Positions 28,339-41,558 of a DNA stretch of 64,000 nt are shown one piece after another. The DNA lies in assembly GCF_006345805.1 (NCBI RefSeq), contig NC_042999.1, positions 39,184,001 through 39,248,000 of the forward strand, in the 5' to 3' direction. The notes beneath the pieces are model-generated. The model was not told the origin of the DNA and did no database searches. It saw only the letters and a list, made by a program, of their open reading frames with translations. Each line of letters begins with the position of its first letter. The first letter of the stretch is position 1. The stretch is from Octopus sinensis (lineage: Eukaryota). Position numbers and translations under genes: made by a program.

Positions 28339-28661
28339 ACTAACACTATCTACACAGACACGCTTGTGCCTATCTTTTGAATTTTAATAAATGGTTTGTA
28401 TAAATCATTAAGAGAACAAGTTAAAATACAAAATATCCAGCTCAACAGCTCAAGACTAGTATCATGCGGTGTTCTTCCATTTAACTGTCCCAAAGTGAGT
28501 TACTGTTATATATAAAAAATTAACTGGTTTTCCTTATTTGCTGTTACTAGTGCTGGTGGTATTTATATCAGGTTATATCGGCTATATAATAATAGTAACA
28601 AAGACGTTCCAAACAGGATCATATTTTCAGAAACGTGGAATGTTATAAAATGTATAATTCA
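28339..28661 (+). repeat. Direct duplication, copy 2
   Basis: See 27332. Confidence 0.9.
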
Positions 28662-28879
28662 AAAGAATGCGAATTGCGATTCGTGGGATATTGGCTGGTG
28701 TTTCTAGCTGAGTAGTTAGCCATGTAAAAGCTCTCTCGGTGGAAACCGTATCCTAAACATGTGCATAGTTACGTTGCTTAGCTTCAGCTCAACTCAGATC
28801 GACAATCAAAAAGGCAAAAGGCATTCGATCCATGATCCACTCGGCTTTCTTTTCTGTGTCAGAAGAGCATTATCCAGTA

Positions 28880-29200
28880 TGACGTATCACCGATCTCGGT
28901 TTATGTAGAGTCCTGGTGCTCTGTGTCAGACATTTTTGAAAATAAATTTGTACGCAAATTGCAAGCAAAAATAGAAAGGCCAACTGCTAAATCGATGGGC
29001 ACAGCCAAGCGAACGTTCATTCTCGATTTTGTGTAATCCAAAATTTTTACACGGCCGAGCTTGAATCTTTCAGAATAGGCTGATAAATTCGATAGAACAG
29101 ATCTCTCTACGTGCTTGTACTCATAGGATGTTTTTCCAATGGTGATGAGCGGCATTTATTTAGGAATAAAGTACACTATCAGTGCATTTCACGTGATCTA
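28880..29200 (-). mobile_element. Degenerate CR1/L2-like LINE RT N-terminal remnant (related piece at ~30310-30700)
   Basis: SERFKLGRVKIL..SRMNVRLAVPI..LSIF resembles P..WKLARV.PI.K.G...NYRPIS; a similar nucleotide block lies at 30350-30420. Confidence 0.35.
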
Positions 29201-29479
29201 ATAATTACTGTTAACATTTAGGAAGGAAAAAGGTCCGTCCGGATATACATATTAATCAATATATTTCTGGATACAGAAACGCATTAGAGACAAAAGAAAC
29301 TACAATGTGAATACCTTTCATTATACAACATGTCAGTCTGCAATAGGAAAAACAGCAACATCAAAAGATTTCCATAAAATAACTACAATCATTTGAAGGG
29401 GCAATTTAAATGCCAGCATTACAATATATGGCCCACTCCAAAATATGCCTTAAAATTTAGGAGAAATCTTATCTACATA

Positions 29480-29994
29480 CTAGCAGCATAACCCGGTATT
29501 GCCCGGGTATGTAAGAGCCCCTGGAGTAGACATGATGCTTGCTGTGAATTTAAAAAAAATTCCTGCCAATTTGTGAAATATACTGTCGAAAATATGTCAT
29601 CTTGAATTTGAACGCGATTTCACAAAATGGCATGATTTTATCGATTTTTTCTGATGGTAAGGTATTGCATGGAAAACTAATGTCAGAATTAAGTTTCTTA
29701 GGGTAACATTAAGCTTCACCATGAGTTTGGTGAAAATCGATTGCAAGTTGCGAAAACTACAACAGAAAATGTGTTGCAAATAAAAAGCTTAGATTCTCGA
29801 CCCCATGTCGAATTTATCGATTTTTTTCAGAACTGGGGAGACTTTTCAAAATTTTCGATGCGTTAGTTTTGGATTATCATATTGGGCTATGTGTGTGTCA
29901 AGTCTCATCAGAATCGGTTGAAAGCCGTGGTTAGGGCGAGGGTACAACCTGACAGACACACAGACAGACAAACTGCCGTTTATATATAGAGAGA
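29480..29994 (-). mobile_element. Non-autonomous Helitron (second family)
   Basis: Minus strand begins TCTCTCTATATATAAACGGCAG and ends with hairpin cccgggcaataccggg...gctgCTAG; A/T flanks. Confidence 0.8.
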
Positions 29995-31629
29995 TACATA
30001 TACATTCGAATCATACATTGATAGTGTAGGTTAAGAATAATTATACGAAAAATTACAGAAATACATTGAAAAGTAATTGTTTACATGGCTGTCTTCTGCC
30101 GACTTCAAAAATAAATACGGCCTAAAGCCGCAAGCTTATAGAATAGTTATTGCGCAGAAAAATGCTTAGCGGCATTTCCTCTGACATTCGATTCTCAATT
30201 GTAATGCCACTAGATTAGACTTTGCTTTTTATCCTTCTAGAATCGATAAAATAAGGACCAGTAGAACTTACATTCTCCGCCAGTTCTTGCTCCCAAGTTT
30301 GAAACTAATATTGAAATATGAACTTCCAGAATCATTACACGACCAGTTTTGGATCTTTCAAGAATAAGTTGATAGATTCGAGAGAACAGAGATCGCTAAG
30401 TGCTTGTACACATTGGTTTGTGTTTCAATGGCGCAGCCATTATATACTATATGAATAAATTGGTTACTTGTCGGGGATTGATGTAGTTTCTGAAATTTCA
30501 TGCTGAACAAACAGCAATGCTGATTTGTTTATAGTGATCAAATATTAGTGCTGAACATTAGCTCTCCCCTTCCATCAAATCGAAAATGCCTTTATATATT
30601 CATGGTGGAGCCCAAGTTAGATATCGAAGTGATAGCTGAGCAGTGCTTTGCGCAAGAACACAACGAAACACATGGTACGGAATTGAAACTATATTCACGA
30701 GATCGCAATTTCAGCAGCTTCACATTAGGTCAGGCACTGATATGAAACTGATATTTATGATTTTATACAACTTGTCAGTCTTGTAAAAATTGGAAATCAG
30801 TGTAAAATATTCACTTGTCCAATTAAAAAGTGAATGCGACAAATATATACAACACTTTTTATTTTATTATTTGAAATAAGATAAGTTCAAGAATAATTGT
30901 TAGGGATTGAACTGCGAAAACATTTATTTCATTATTTCAGAGTAAATTTGCGAATGTACCAATCACCAACATTAAAATCTCCATATCTTGTAATATAAAA
31001 ACGAACTATTTGGAACCAACAAAGTCTGATAAATTAAATATAAATATTGGCGATAATTGTTTGAGTAGTGTTTATGCGCAACAGTTCATGTGTGTTTCAT
31101 TGGTATCTCATAATTAGCTGATATGTTTGAAAAACGAATATGAAAGCCCGTACATGAAACAAAATCCCAAACCTTAAGTTTGTTTTTAATATTTCCCTAA
31201 CGATATTAGTGAAATTGATAATTTGATAGAATATCTATTGTGTTTTCCGTTTCTAGCAAATTGGTATTGTCCATGGGATATTTATCGGACCATTTGCAAT
31301 GTGTACGAAAGCACAATTATTTTCAGTTCATAGATGAAGATAAACATTACAGACCTCTGTTTTCGAAACAAAGTGGAAGTTCGCTTCACTAATCCAATAA
31401 AACCGTAATAAATATCATAATTCATACTTCCCTTGTTTTGCCATGGCAAACAAAATTAGCTCGAATCAAATGGCTTTTGGTCAAATCATGTCACAATAAT
31501 ACAAAATAATGTAATTTTCACATTGCTTTCAATTAGTAGAAGCATCTATTTAATAACAAGTTGTGTTATTGCTGATTTTTTCCATTATTTTTATTATTGT
31601 TGTTGCTGCTGTTGTTTTTGTGATGCTCT

Positions 31630-31643
31630 TATTATTATTATTA

Positions 31644-31738
<95 letters not shown>

Positions 31739-31749
31739 TGTAGTTGTAA

Positions 31750-31781
<32 letters not shown>

Positions 31782-31785
31782 TTTA
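31630..31785. repeat. (ATT)n-(AGT)n compound microsatellite
   Basis: Direct reading. Confidence 0.95.
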
Positions 31786-33276
31786 TCGTATTGTTATTGC
31801 TAATGCTTCCATCTCGATATCACGCAACTTTTCATCTTTCTACAGACTTCTAACTGTTGAGTTTTGCGTTCCCTTTGTGGCAGAACCGATCGCGGCGTTA
31901 AAACCCTGATCATTTTCTATTGTTTCTATCTTTTTTGAGGCTTTTTGTGTAAAAACATATACATTAGTTAAACATCCAACTTCTTTATCGCTAATTAATG
32001 CTATAATATCAACTATGGCGTCGTTTCTGATATGCAGGAAGCTATAGAAGGCTGGCTCAGGACGATAAAGCAATGAGACATTCATGAGGCATTCATGTGT
32101 AGTCTTCCATTTGACATTTATGATAATATAATAATATGTTGTACACGTTATACAGAGGCAAACTACAGTTTTCTGGGATAAAAATAGGAGAATTGTTTTA
32201 ACTTCTGCCTCACTGTTATCACATCAAAACTATTCGGAATATTTAAGCCATGCTGCATATTTTGGAGAAGAGGAAACGTTCATATTTAAAACGTTATATA
32301 AAATTTTATATATCTTTCACAGTGATTATACGGGGTGTAAATGGCACAATAAGAATTGATTGGAATAGTAGATCACAAGGTCTGGTATAAATGACGAGGT
32401 GGAAAGCATCAAAGTTTTTTTTTTAATGTAAAAACAGTAAATGAACCTTGAAACATAAATTCGTAATGCATGACTCATAAGGGACAAGGTTAACAATAGC
32501 TATTCGAATAGAGGGAATAACAATAGGATCTGCAGTGGAATAGTAATTATTACAGAAACACTTCATCACTCTCCACTCGTTAGCATCGAATCTATAATGT
32601 GTAAATATGTTGGATCAGGATTTTTGGCCATGTATTACTCCAACAGTTTTAATGGCCCTATTGTTATTGACATTATTTCTGCTTCCAAGTGTCAATATAT
32701 ATCTTGATAAACTATTAATTTATTATTAAAATATATCGTCATAAATTATGGAAGACAGACAGGAACAAGAGGGAGCATACTTTAAGTTTAGTTTTGACAG
32801 TAATTTCCCGATTCTTGTTCACCGCATTAAATAGGTTGGCTGATTTATGGTTTCGCAAAACTCCACTGGCTGCCAATTGTGTTGTTGAGTGAGGCACACT
32901 ATAGTTCTGCGGATGCAACAAGTTGTTTGTACGAGGTATCAGTTTCTGTCTTGTAGATCATCGATACCTGTTTCTTGTTTCTCAATAATTTATTGTAGGT
33001 TTTGTGTAAAATGAATTTTGTGATTTAAATCCGAGAAACCCCACGACCATTGACGCTTGTGTCCCAACTTCAAAACAGCCCTATTAAATGCTACATCAGT
33101 CATACGCGGTCATGCACAAGCACATACACACACACACACACACACATACATACACACATACACACACTAATATGTATATGTCTGTACGATTATTTACATT
33201 ATCTAAAAATGACGGATATTTGTGCTCATCTTCTTTGCTGATAACACAACTTTTAACCATTACGCCATATGCCCAC

Positions 33277-33350
33277 GGGCATACGGCGTAGTAGTTAAGA
33301 ACGCGGGTTACTAACCCCAAGACTCTGAGTTCGATTCCAGGCAGTGACCT
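33277..33350 (+). other. tRNA-derived Pol III head (tRNA-Thr(AGT)-like), not a functional tRNA gene
   Basis: gggcatacggcgtagtagttaagaacgcgggttactaaccccaagactctgagttcgattccaggcagtgacc: A and B boxes; the anticodon loop (c/t)tactaa is one change from ctagtaa of tRNA-Thr; acceptor and T stems are mismatched. Confidence 0.6.
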
Positions 33351-33367
33351 GAATAATAATAATAATA

Positions 33368-33446
<79 letters not shown>

Positions 33447-33522
33447 TAATAATAATAACAACAACAACAACAACATCGAAAAATACATTAGGAATGAGAA
33501 ACCAGGTTGGAAATTTCCCCAA

Positions 33523-33568
33523 GACACCTGATGAAGGTTGGAGGGTATATCAGCCGAAACGCTGTGTT
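33523..33568 (+). ncRNA. Minimal type I hammerhead ribozyme (one substitution at U16.1)
   Basis: gacac-CTGATGA-a-ggttg gagggtatat cagcc-GAAA-cg-ct-gtgtt; the sister copies show tt here, giving consensus AACGTT stem III. Confidence 0.65.
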
Positions 33569-34094
33569 AACAACAAACAAGATGAGGACAAATATCTGTC
33601 AATTGTAAATACTGTAAATATTGTACATAATTCATCATCTCTTAAATATAGAAATGTCTGCACGAATTTATTTACAAATAAGGCCAAACTCATTCTATAT
33701 AATAATTCCTGCGTACGTTTCATCATTACGGCTCTTTCACACACACCAAAGATGTTTCTACTACTTGGGGGCCATACTACTGGATGAAAATTTGGACTGT
33801 CGATGAACAAGAATTTGTTAATTGTTTCACGTCAATTGGTGTCACATTGCATAAAATCTTTAACAATAAGAATGCTATATATCTAGAATAATAGGAGGGA
33901 CTTATAGTCATGAGTGTCTTACGTGTAGTACTTCCCTATTTGTATTCGAAATACAATTTTTGTCAGATGTTTTGAACACAAGGAGAAAAAAATATGATGA
34001 AGCTGTCCAATGTTCCTTGTTTTTATGCGTTGACCGTTGATTTTGTCGGGGAAATGATGGGTTATTGTGCGATAGGAAAATACATTGCAAATAC

Positions 34095-34475
34095 TCTCTT
34101 TTACTCTTTTACTTGTTTCAGTCATTTGACTGTGGCTATGCTGCAGCACCACCTTTAGTCGAGCACATCGACCCCAGGACTTATTCTTTGTAAGCCTAGT
34201 ACTTATTCTATCGGTCTTTTTGCCGAACCGCTACGTTACGAGGACGTAAACACACCAGCATCGGTTGTCAAGCGATGTGGTGGGGACAAACACAGACACA
34301 CAAACAAATACACACATATGCATTTATATATAAATATAAACATATATACCACGGTTTTCTTTCAGTTTCTGTCTATCAAATCCACTCACAAGCCTTTGGT
34401 CGGCCCGAGGTTATAGCAGAAGACACTTGCCCAAGTTGCCACGCAGTCAGACTGAACTCGGAACCATGTGGTTAC
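34095..34475 (-). mobile_element. SINE family A
   Basis: Reverse of the 42806 copy, including the tail ttttactctttacttgtttcagtcatttgactg. Confidence 0.85.
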
Positions 34476-35628
34476 GCCAAATATGAAAATATATTTTTAT
34501 AATGCTCTGTCAGAAGTGCTGCAGTTTGGGATACTCAATTTCCATACTGACGGTTGGCTGCAATACATCACATTAGAAAAATAGATTTTAGTTATTCCAT
34601 CGTATCATAAGCAAAAGTTGATGTCACGTATTTGAAGGTCAATAACCGTAATGCTCTCAGACGTTAAACTGCACACTAATGTCACCCGGAGCTGGTATAA
34701 CCTGATTTCTACAGTGGGTCTGCGATATATACACAACAGAATACACCGGAGTATAATGGAATATAAAACAATCCGAAGACCTGCTACACAAAGGGAAAAA
34801 AATGCAATTACAGAATGTGAAGTAAAAGGAGAAAGCAAATGCAATTACAGAAAGTGTAAGTCAAAGCAGTTCAAAATGTCTAAAAACCTAAATAACGATT
34901 GCAGCAGCCATATTTTTAAAATGCACTATATAGACTGAAAAAACAAAAACAAAAAAACACTTGTAATAATCTTGGTCTACAATTTAACTGCACACCGTTG
35001 TATTTTGCTTTTTACATGGGCGGTCAGGTGGTAGTGGCAGCGAGTGCCTAGATAATGTGCCGGTTTTAGCTTTACCGCACACATATTTTGCCATATGCAT
35101 TTTGAGAATTAGATAAGAGCACAAAATCCTATAAGGCATTGCAACACCTATATCTATCAATTTACTAATATAAGACTGCTTGCTAGTTGTGTGCTTTCAT
35201 GTATATGGTATCCCTTCGTCAAAACACTCCTGCACAATTAGACATCTAGCTACGAGCAATATAACTTTTGCCTCGTGTTGATTATTGTCTATGAGCATCT
35301 AGATACCGAGAACAATATGGTGTAACAGAAAAGTTGATCGGCTTAATTAAATAATTATTTTAATCTACTATGTTACCATTGGCATTAATTCCCTGCTGGT
35401 CGCGGTGTAACATAAGATTTTTGACGTATGCTTTTGAACGCGTATGTATGGTGTGTATGTACCTGTTTATCTATCTGTCTTAATATCTATCTGTCTGTAT
35501 GTCTGTCTGCCTGTATGCATTTGTGCTCTGCACACGGGCATAAATACTGGGGAGTAAATGTGTGAGTAATTATATTTCTGCTAGTTTTGCGCACGTTAAT
35601 ATCTATCTCACAAATATGTATCTATGAA

Positions 35629-35629
<1 letters not shown>

Positions 35630-35704
<75 letters not shown>

Positions 35705-35990
35705 AATCTATCTATCTATCTATCTATCTATCAATCTATCTATACACACACATACATGTACGTTTGTATATATGTATCTATGTATGTATGTATGCATGTA
35801 TGTATATATATATATATATATATATGTATATAGGGAGAGAGCGAAATATGTATACATATGTATGTAAATATATATATATATATATATTTACATATATGTA
35901 TGTGTATATATATCTATATATATTTTATGTGTGTGTATATATATATATATATATACACATGGATGTATATATACGTATGATTGTGTATGT
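35630..35990. repeat. (ATCT)n and TA/TG compound microsatellite
   Basis: Direct reading. Confidence 0.95.
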
Positions 35991-37462
35991 CTGTGAGTGT
36001 GTGTCTGTGCAAAATTCTATATAGAACAAAAAATATATATGAGAGGATAAAAGCTACAATTCTTTACGATTAACAGTAAAATCTATTTCAAACTGACAAA
36101 TGTTGAAAGTTTTGCCAATATAATTTGTATCACCAAAATACTCTCTTTGATGTAAGCGAAATATATAAATATATTTCCACATAATAAGTGTTGAAGCGTG
36201 ATAAAATCATCCATAAATGCATTGCTATATTTTATCTATTTCATGTAACCGCTTAAATCGGTTATCAGCAGTTTTCTATTATCATTTTTTTATTAATTTT
36301 TACCTTCATTATTATTATTGATATGTTTGCTGTTGTTAGTAGTATTAATAATTTTGGTTTATTAATATTACTCATATCCCCATAATATATTTAAAAAAAA
36401 TATTCTATATAAGGTTTCGGTATGTGTTTCCTTTGAAGCTCATATCTTTCTGGTTTTTACAATTATTCCATGTATATTCCTCGATTTATAACCTCAAACT
36501 TTACTGTCACAGTCATTGTGATGCAGAAGACGCATCTTTCCAATACATTATCTCTCCTTCTTGAAATTTCTCACATACGACATGATTTGATTTCTGTCTT
36601 TCTGTCTATCACGTATCTGTCTCATTCTTCTATGCAACCGTTTGTTTCTATTTCCATTTATTAATAACATTTTCATTTCCGACATTTCATCATGATAAGC
36701 TAATTTCTCTAAAACATCGCTAAAAATCTTATCTATTAACGTAAATACATATGCAAACTCCTTCTCTTTCAGTGAAAATTATACGAATAATTATTGCGGA
36801 TTTTTTCAATGTTTTGAAAATAGAATAAGAAAATAAAACAAAATATCTTCAATACTAGTTTTGCAGATTTGTACAGATTTGTTGAATATGACAGCAAAAA
36901 CCGTTTACAATAATAGACTGCGTGAACAAAAATCAACAATAACATCTATACAATACAAAACGTCGTAGTTTGAAAATGTTATCTCAGACTTGATAAAAAA
37001 AATTGCTAAATAAGGAATCGATTACATTATTGAACAGCTTATAGAAGTGTCGAATGCTTTCATGCTTTCCTTTGTGTTGCAGTTGTGTTGCGAGGCGAAC
37101 AAATAATTTACGCCAAAAAAGGAAAAGACTATACGTTTAATACCGAGCTATACAACGGCAAAAATAATTATTTTATTGTAGAGACGTAGAAGTAAAATCA
37201 TCATATATACGACTGTGATATAAATAGGAAGTAAAGAAATGATTTGTTGAACATGGAAGGATTTCTTCAACTTATTTTGCTATAAATTGAAACAATCACA
37301 GAATTGACAGGTGATTTACATAAGCATCAAAATTAAAATCTCATTTGCAATACAAAGGATATACAGCGATTTTCTAACCGACATATATAAGGGCTTGCGT
37401 ATTTTCAAAAAGAAAACATCAGAGAGAATCAGAAATAGGTTTTTATATAATTCGTATTCAAA

Positions 37463-37587
37463 AGACGCAGTCGTGGCTGTGTGGTAACAAGATTGTATCC
37501 CAACCACATGGTTCCAGTTTCTGTCCCTTGTGAGCTAATTTGCAGACGGAAACTGAAAGAAGCCCGTCGTATATACTATATAATATA

Positions 37588-37675
<88 letters not shown>

Positions 37676-37960
37676 TATTAGAAGAAATGAGGTAGGTCTA
37701 ATATATAAAACCTGTACATCATCTCCAAAACTTCTAATATATATGTATGTGTGTGTGTGTGTGCCCCCACTATGACTTGATAGCTGAAGCTGGTGTTTTC
37801 ATGTCCCCGTAATTTAGTGTTTTGGGAAAACATAACACTTAAGCACTAGTCTTACAAAGAATAAGTCATGGGTGAGATCCTTTCGACTAAAATACTCTAA
37901 GGCGGTGTTCCAGCATGGTTGCGGGCAAGTGACCGAAACTGATAAAACAGTAAAAGAATA
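37463..37960 (+). mobile_element. SINE family A, internally deleted and expanded by (TA)n
   Basis: gcagtcgtggctgtgtggtaa...caaccacatggttcc...gacggaaactgaaagaagcccgtcg...ctaaggcggtgttccagcatgg. Confidence 0.75.
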
Positions 37961-39180
37961 CAATCTGCGTCGGAAACGGAGATTTTGTTTTATTAGGCTT
38001 TGTTACATTGCGCGTTGAGAAAAATATCTTACACACAAAGCGGGCTCGATTTGGCTGACAAGCTGGTCAACGCACATCCGACTAAACAACAAGTTGTCCT
38101 CGTATCTATTATACACGTGCAATAATGTGCGACCTTCCGACGTATGTATGTTTGTATGTATATATGGGCACTATGTCTTTTCGTCCGACGTCACTTCTTC
38201 GAACGTCTTTCCCTCCACCTCTTTTGGTCGTACGTCTTTTTGGTCCGATGATTATTTTTTTTTTGTTCAACGACTTTTTTGTCCAATCTCTTATTATAAA
38301 AGGCAGATTTTATCTGCCTCCCTTTGTAAGTTATAGAAATCTACAATATAGGATTTCTTCAATTACAATTTACCTAGCATTTTTAAGAGTAGAATGCATC
38401 GGGTCATGCCAGGTCCAGTTTTTAAAATTTAAACTCCAATTAAGCAAAATTTACAGAAAACTCACATTCTGGTGTGTATGTCAAATGCTTTTCTTAATGT
38501 GGTTTACACCACACGCACACGCACACACACAGTGTGCAACGAATAAAATGAAAGTAAATAGCGACAGAGTGATTTGAGGAAGACTAAACTCAAAGTATTT
38601 AAACCACTACTCAAAAAATAAAAAAACACAGCAAACAGAAACAAATAAATACATAACGACTTACTCCTCACACAATTTCTTCAATTAGAGTGTACCCATG
38701 ATTTTTCAGAGTACTTCGGTGGGTGATGCCATAAAAAATTTCTTTCAATTTTACCACCAATTAAGACAAAATTCGAGAAAACTCAATATTTTAACATTTC
38801 ACTCCGAAAGCATTGATGTACATGTGTGCGTGCGTGAGTGTGTGTGTGTCATTCCTCACACACACGCATACACATACATATATGAGAGTTTCAAAGAACT
38901 ACATACAAACACGTGTGTGTTTGTTATTAGTAAAAAAGGCGCCAAAACACAACTCACTTATCATTCCAACACATTTGCAAAGACACACGGACGGTGGAAT
39001 TGCTATAACAATACAGAAAAGGTAAATTGTTTTTTATTTTACTTTGTATATATTTTATTATATAATATTATATATAGATATATGTATATATAATTGCAGT
39101 ATGAAACAGTGTTTATGTATAAACAGACGACACTTATATATAGTTATTATAATAAGAGATTAATAAATGTATGCATCCGT

Positions 39181-39510
39181 TTAACCCTTTCGTTACCAAA
39201 CCGCCTGAATTTACCTATTCATATTTAAATGAGAATATCAGAGTAAATCTCTTTAGTACATTCGTGAAAACACGTATTATACTTCGTAAACACTTCAACT
39301 ACAGTTTTGTACAAAAATCGAAGTGTAATTTTAATTCCGTGAATTATGGGAGATTTTTTTCCGAAATTTGTTCCTATTGTGTTTTCAAAATTTGTAATTC
39401 TGACAAAAAATGGATACGAATTTCATTATATCAAGCAGCGAGTCAGAATTCGAAGGATTTTCTACTGAAGACCTTCATAAATCTAACTCTATGACTGAAA
39501 AAAAAAAGCA
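39181..39510 (+). mobile_element. piggyBac-like left end
   Basis: TTAA-CCCTTTCGTTACC start, followed by an acidic N-terminal trace MDTNFIISSSESEFEGFSTEDL; interrupted by a Helitron; no right end found. Confidence 0.45.
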
Positions 39511-39904
39511 TCTTTATATAAGAGTGAAGTTGTGTGTCTGTCTCCTACGATTTAGATTCGTAACTACTCCCACATTTTGCGGTGCAGTTTAACCAAAACC
39601 GGGTAACTTATAGTCGTGATTCATATCGAGCCCTTCTGGGTATTAGCGCGCGTCTACGATGAGTCTACGATTTAAAAAAAATTTACCATCATATTTTTCC
39701 ATTTTAATGCATTTTTTCGCTTTTATATAAGGGAAGTAACTCTCTAAAAATATCTACGATGTGTCAACGATTTAAAAAAAAATTTACCTTAATTTTTTTT
39801 CAATTTTTAATGCATTTTTTTGCTATTTTTTGGCTATAACTCTCTAAAAATGCTTATATAGTTATTTCCCTTACAACCCGAGCAACGCCGGGCGATACTG
39901 CTAG
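39511..39904 (+). mobile_element. Non-autonomous Helitron (same family as 21987)
   Basis: A|TCTTTATATAAGAGTGAAG...cccgagcaacgccgggcgatactgCTAG|T. Confidence 0.85.
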
Positions 39905-41304
39905 TTTTAAATAAACTTTTTAGAAAACAAGGTAAACTTACTAAAATTCTTCGATATAGTACACAATATCAAAGAACAACTGAATTCCACAAAAGATCTG
40001 TCATTGAATAAGAGTCAACAAGAAAAATTGATTTATTGAAGCGTGTGGCATATAATGTTTATCAAATTTAAGTGTCCATAACAAATCATTAGTTATATCA
40101 TATTTATTTTTAAGGATTCTTTTAGAAATACATTTTCCATAGCATTTTACTTGAATCCTATCAATAAAATTCTCAATGACTATTTGATTTTGTGTTCACC
40201 TTGTTTTCTAAAGAGGTCACTTGAAATTGGACAAAATGTCGTTCGTTAAAAAATTATAGGACAAAAAGACGTCGGACCAAAAGACGCCGACGAAAGACGT
40301 TGGATCAAGTGACATCGGAGAAAGGTCGGATCATGGTATGTATGTATGTATGTATGTATGTATGTATGTATGTATGTATGTATGTGTGTATGTATGCGTG
40401 TATGTATGTTTACGTGTGTGTGTCTGTGTGCTTGCATGTGTGTGTGTGTGTTTGTGTGCCTATTTCTGTGTGTAATATTCTATGTTTAACTTACAGAGAT
40501 TTTATTCAATATAAACTTTTAATTCATGTGTTGGGATTTCATACTCGATTGGTGTAAGAGTTTTTGTTTCGCTGAGATGTATCAAGGTGTCAGCGTTTTT
40601 TTTATTTCTGTGGGGGAATTTTCTTGGTACCGTTTGAATGCTAAGTGGATTTTTGTCATTTTATTTATTTCGTAATAATGTTATATAAAGCTGTTACAGT
40701 CCACAACACAAATATAAGGGTGGCTCGCATTTGTTGTCAAGGCATTTGAACGCGAATCCTGTAACGGGCTGATAGCAAACCTTCAGTGACGTGTGATCTT
40801 GACACCGGCATCATTTGAATGGAAACCTAGCGGCAGGCAGGAGGAAATAAATTCTGGGCTTTTAAGTATGATCTAAACAGTGAGTATTGGTTTTGGTTGG
40901 GGTGCATTTCTTGTGTGTATGTCTGGTACATGAGTGATGGGTGCAAATGATTTCACTTCTAAGCTTTTTCTACCGAAGAGGGAACAGCGTCGATATATTT
41001 GGATGTTAGAGTTCTAGAGTCATTTTATGTAGTTGTATATGGTGTTGAGTCATTTTGTGCTTATGGATGCTCCTGGGATGACTGATTTAGGAAAATCGTG
41101 TGGTAAGGGCGGATAGATTACGAATTGGGGACAATGTCATTGCTCTAGTTCTAGATGAATTTATTTGCACGCGGTATTCGCTGACACAATTCAGGATCGG
41201 GGTAGCAGACACGGTTTAATCTTGAAACTGGAATATTAGCAACACCTGCAGCTGTTTAATGCCTATAAGGTGATGTGAGATGCTAGTAATATTTGTGAAA
41301 TATG

Positions 41305-41558
<254 letters not shown>

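Larger units (their letters stand above)
33190..33660 (+). mobile_element. tRNA-head/(AAT)n/HHR-tail SINE-like element with an inverted, internally deleted partner on its 5' side
   Basis: Head at 33277-33350; (AAT)n at 33352-33475; tail with HHR at 33523-33568; inverted head fragment at 33253-33274 and inverted tail fragment at ~33190-33250. Confidence 0.8.
38155..40335. mobile_element. Putative TIR element: diverged ~130-bp inverted termini (38155-38290 and 40215-40335) with nested insertions
   Basis: Left tttcgtccgacgtcacttcttcgaacgtctttc..tcttttggtcgtacgtc..ttgtccaat matches the reverse complement of the right end; short internal subrepeats. Confidence 0.5.

Noticed and set aside
34500-35070. 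Possible piggyBac C-terminal Cys-rich remnant
   Set aside because: Similarity is too faint and no TTAA terminus was found.
37082-37190. Strong plus-strand acceptor with frame VLRGEQIIYAKKGKDYTF
   Set aside because: No convincing donor or partner exons; unrecognised.
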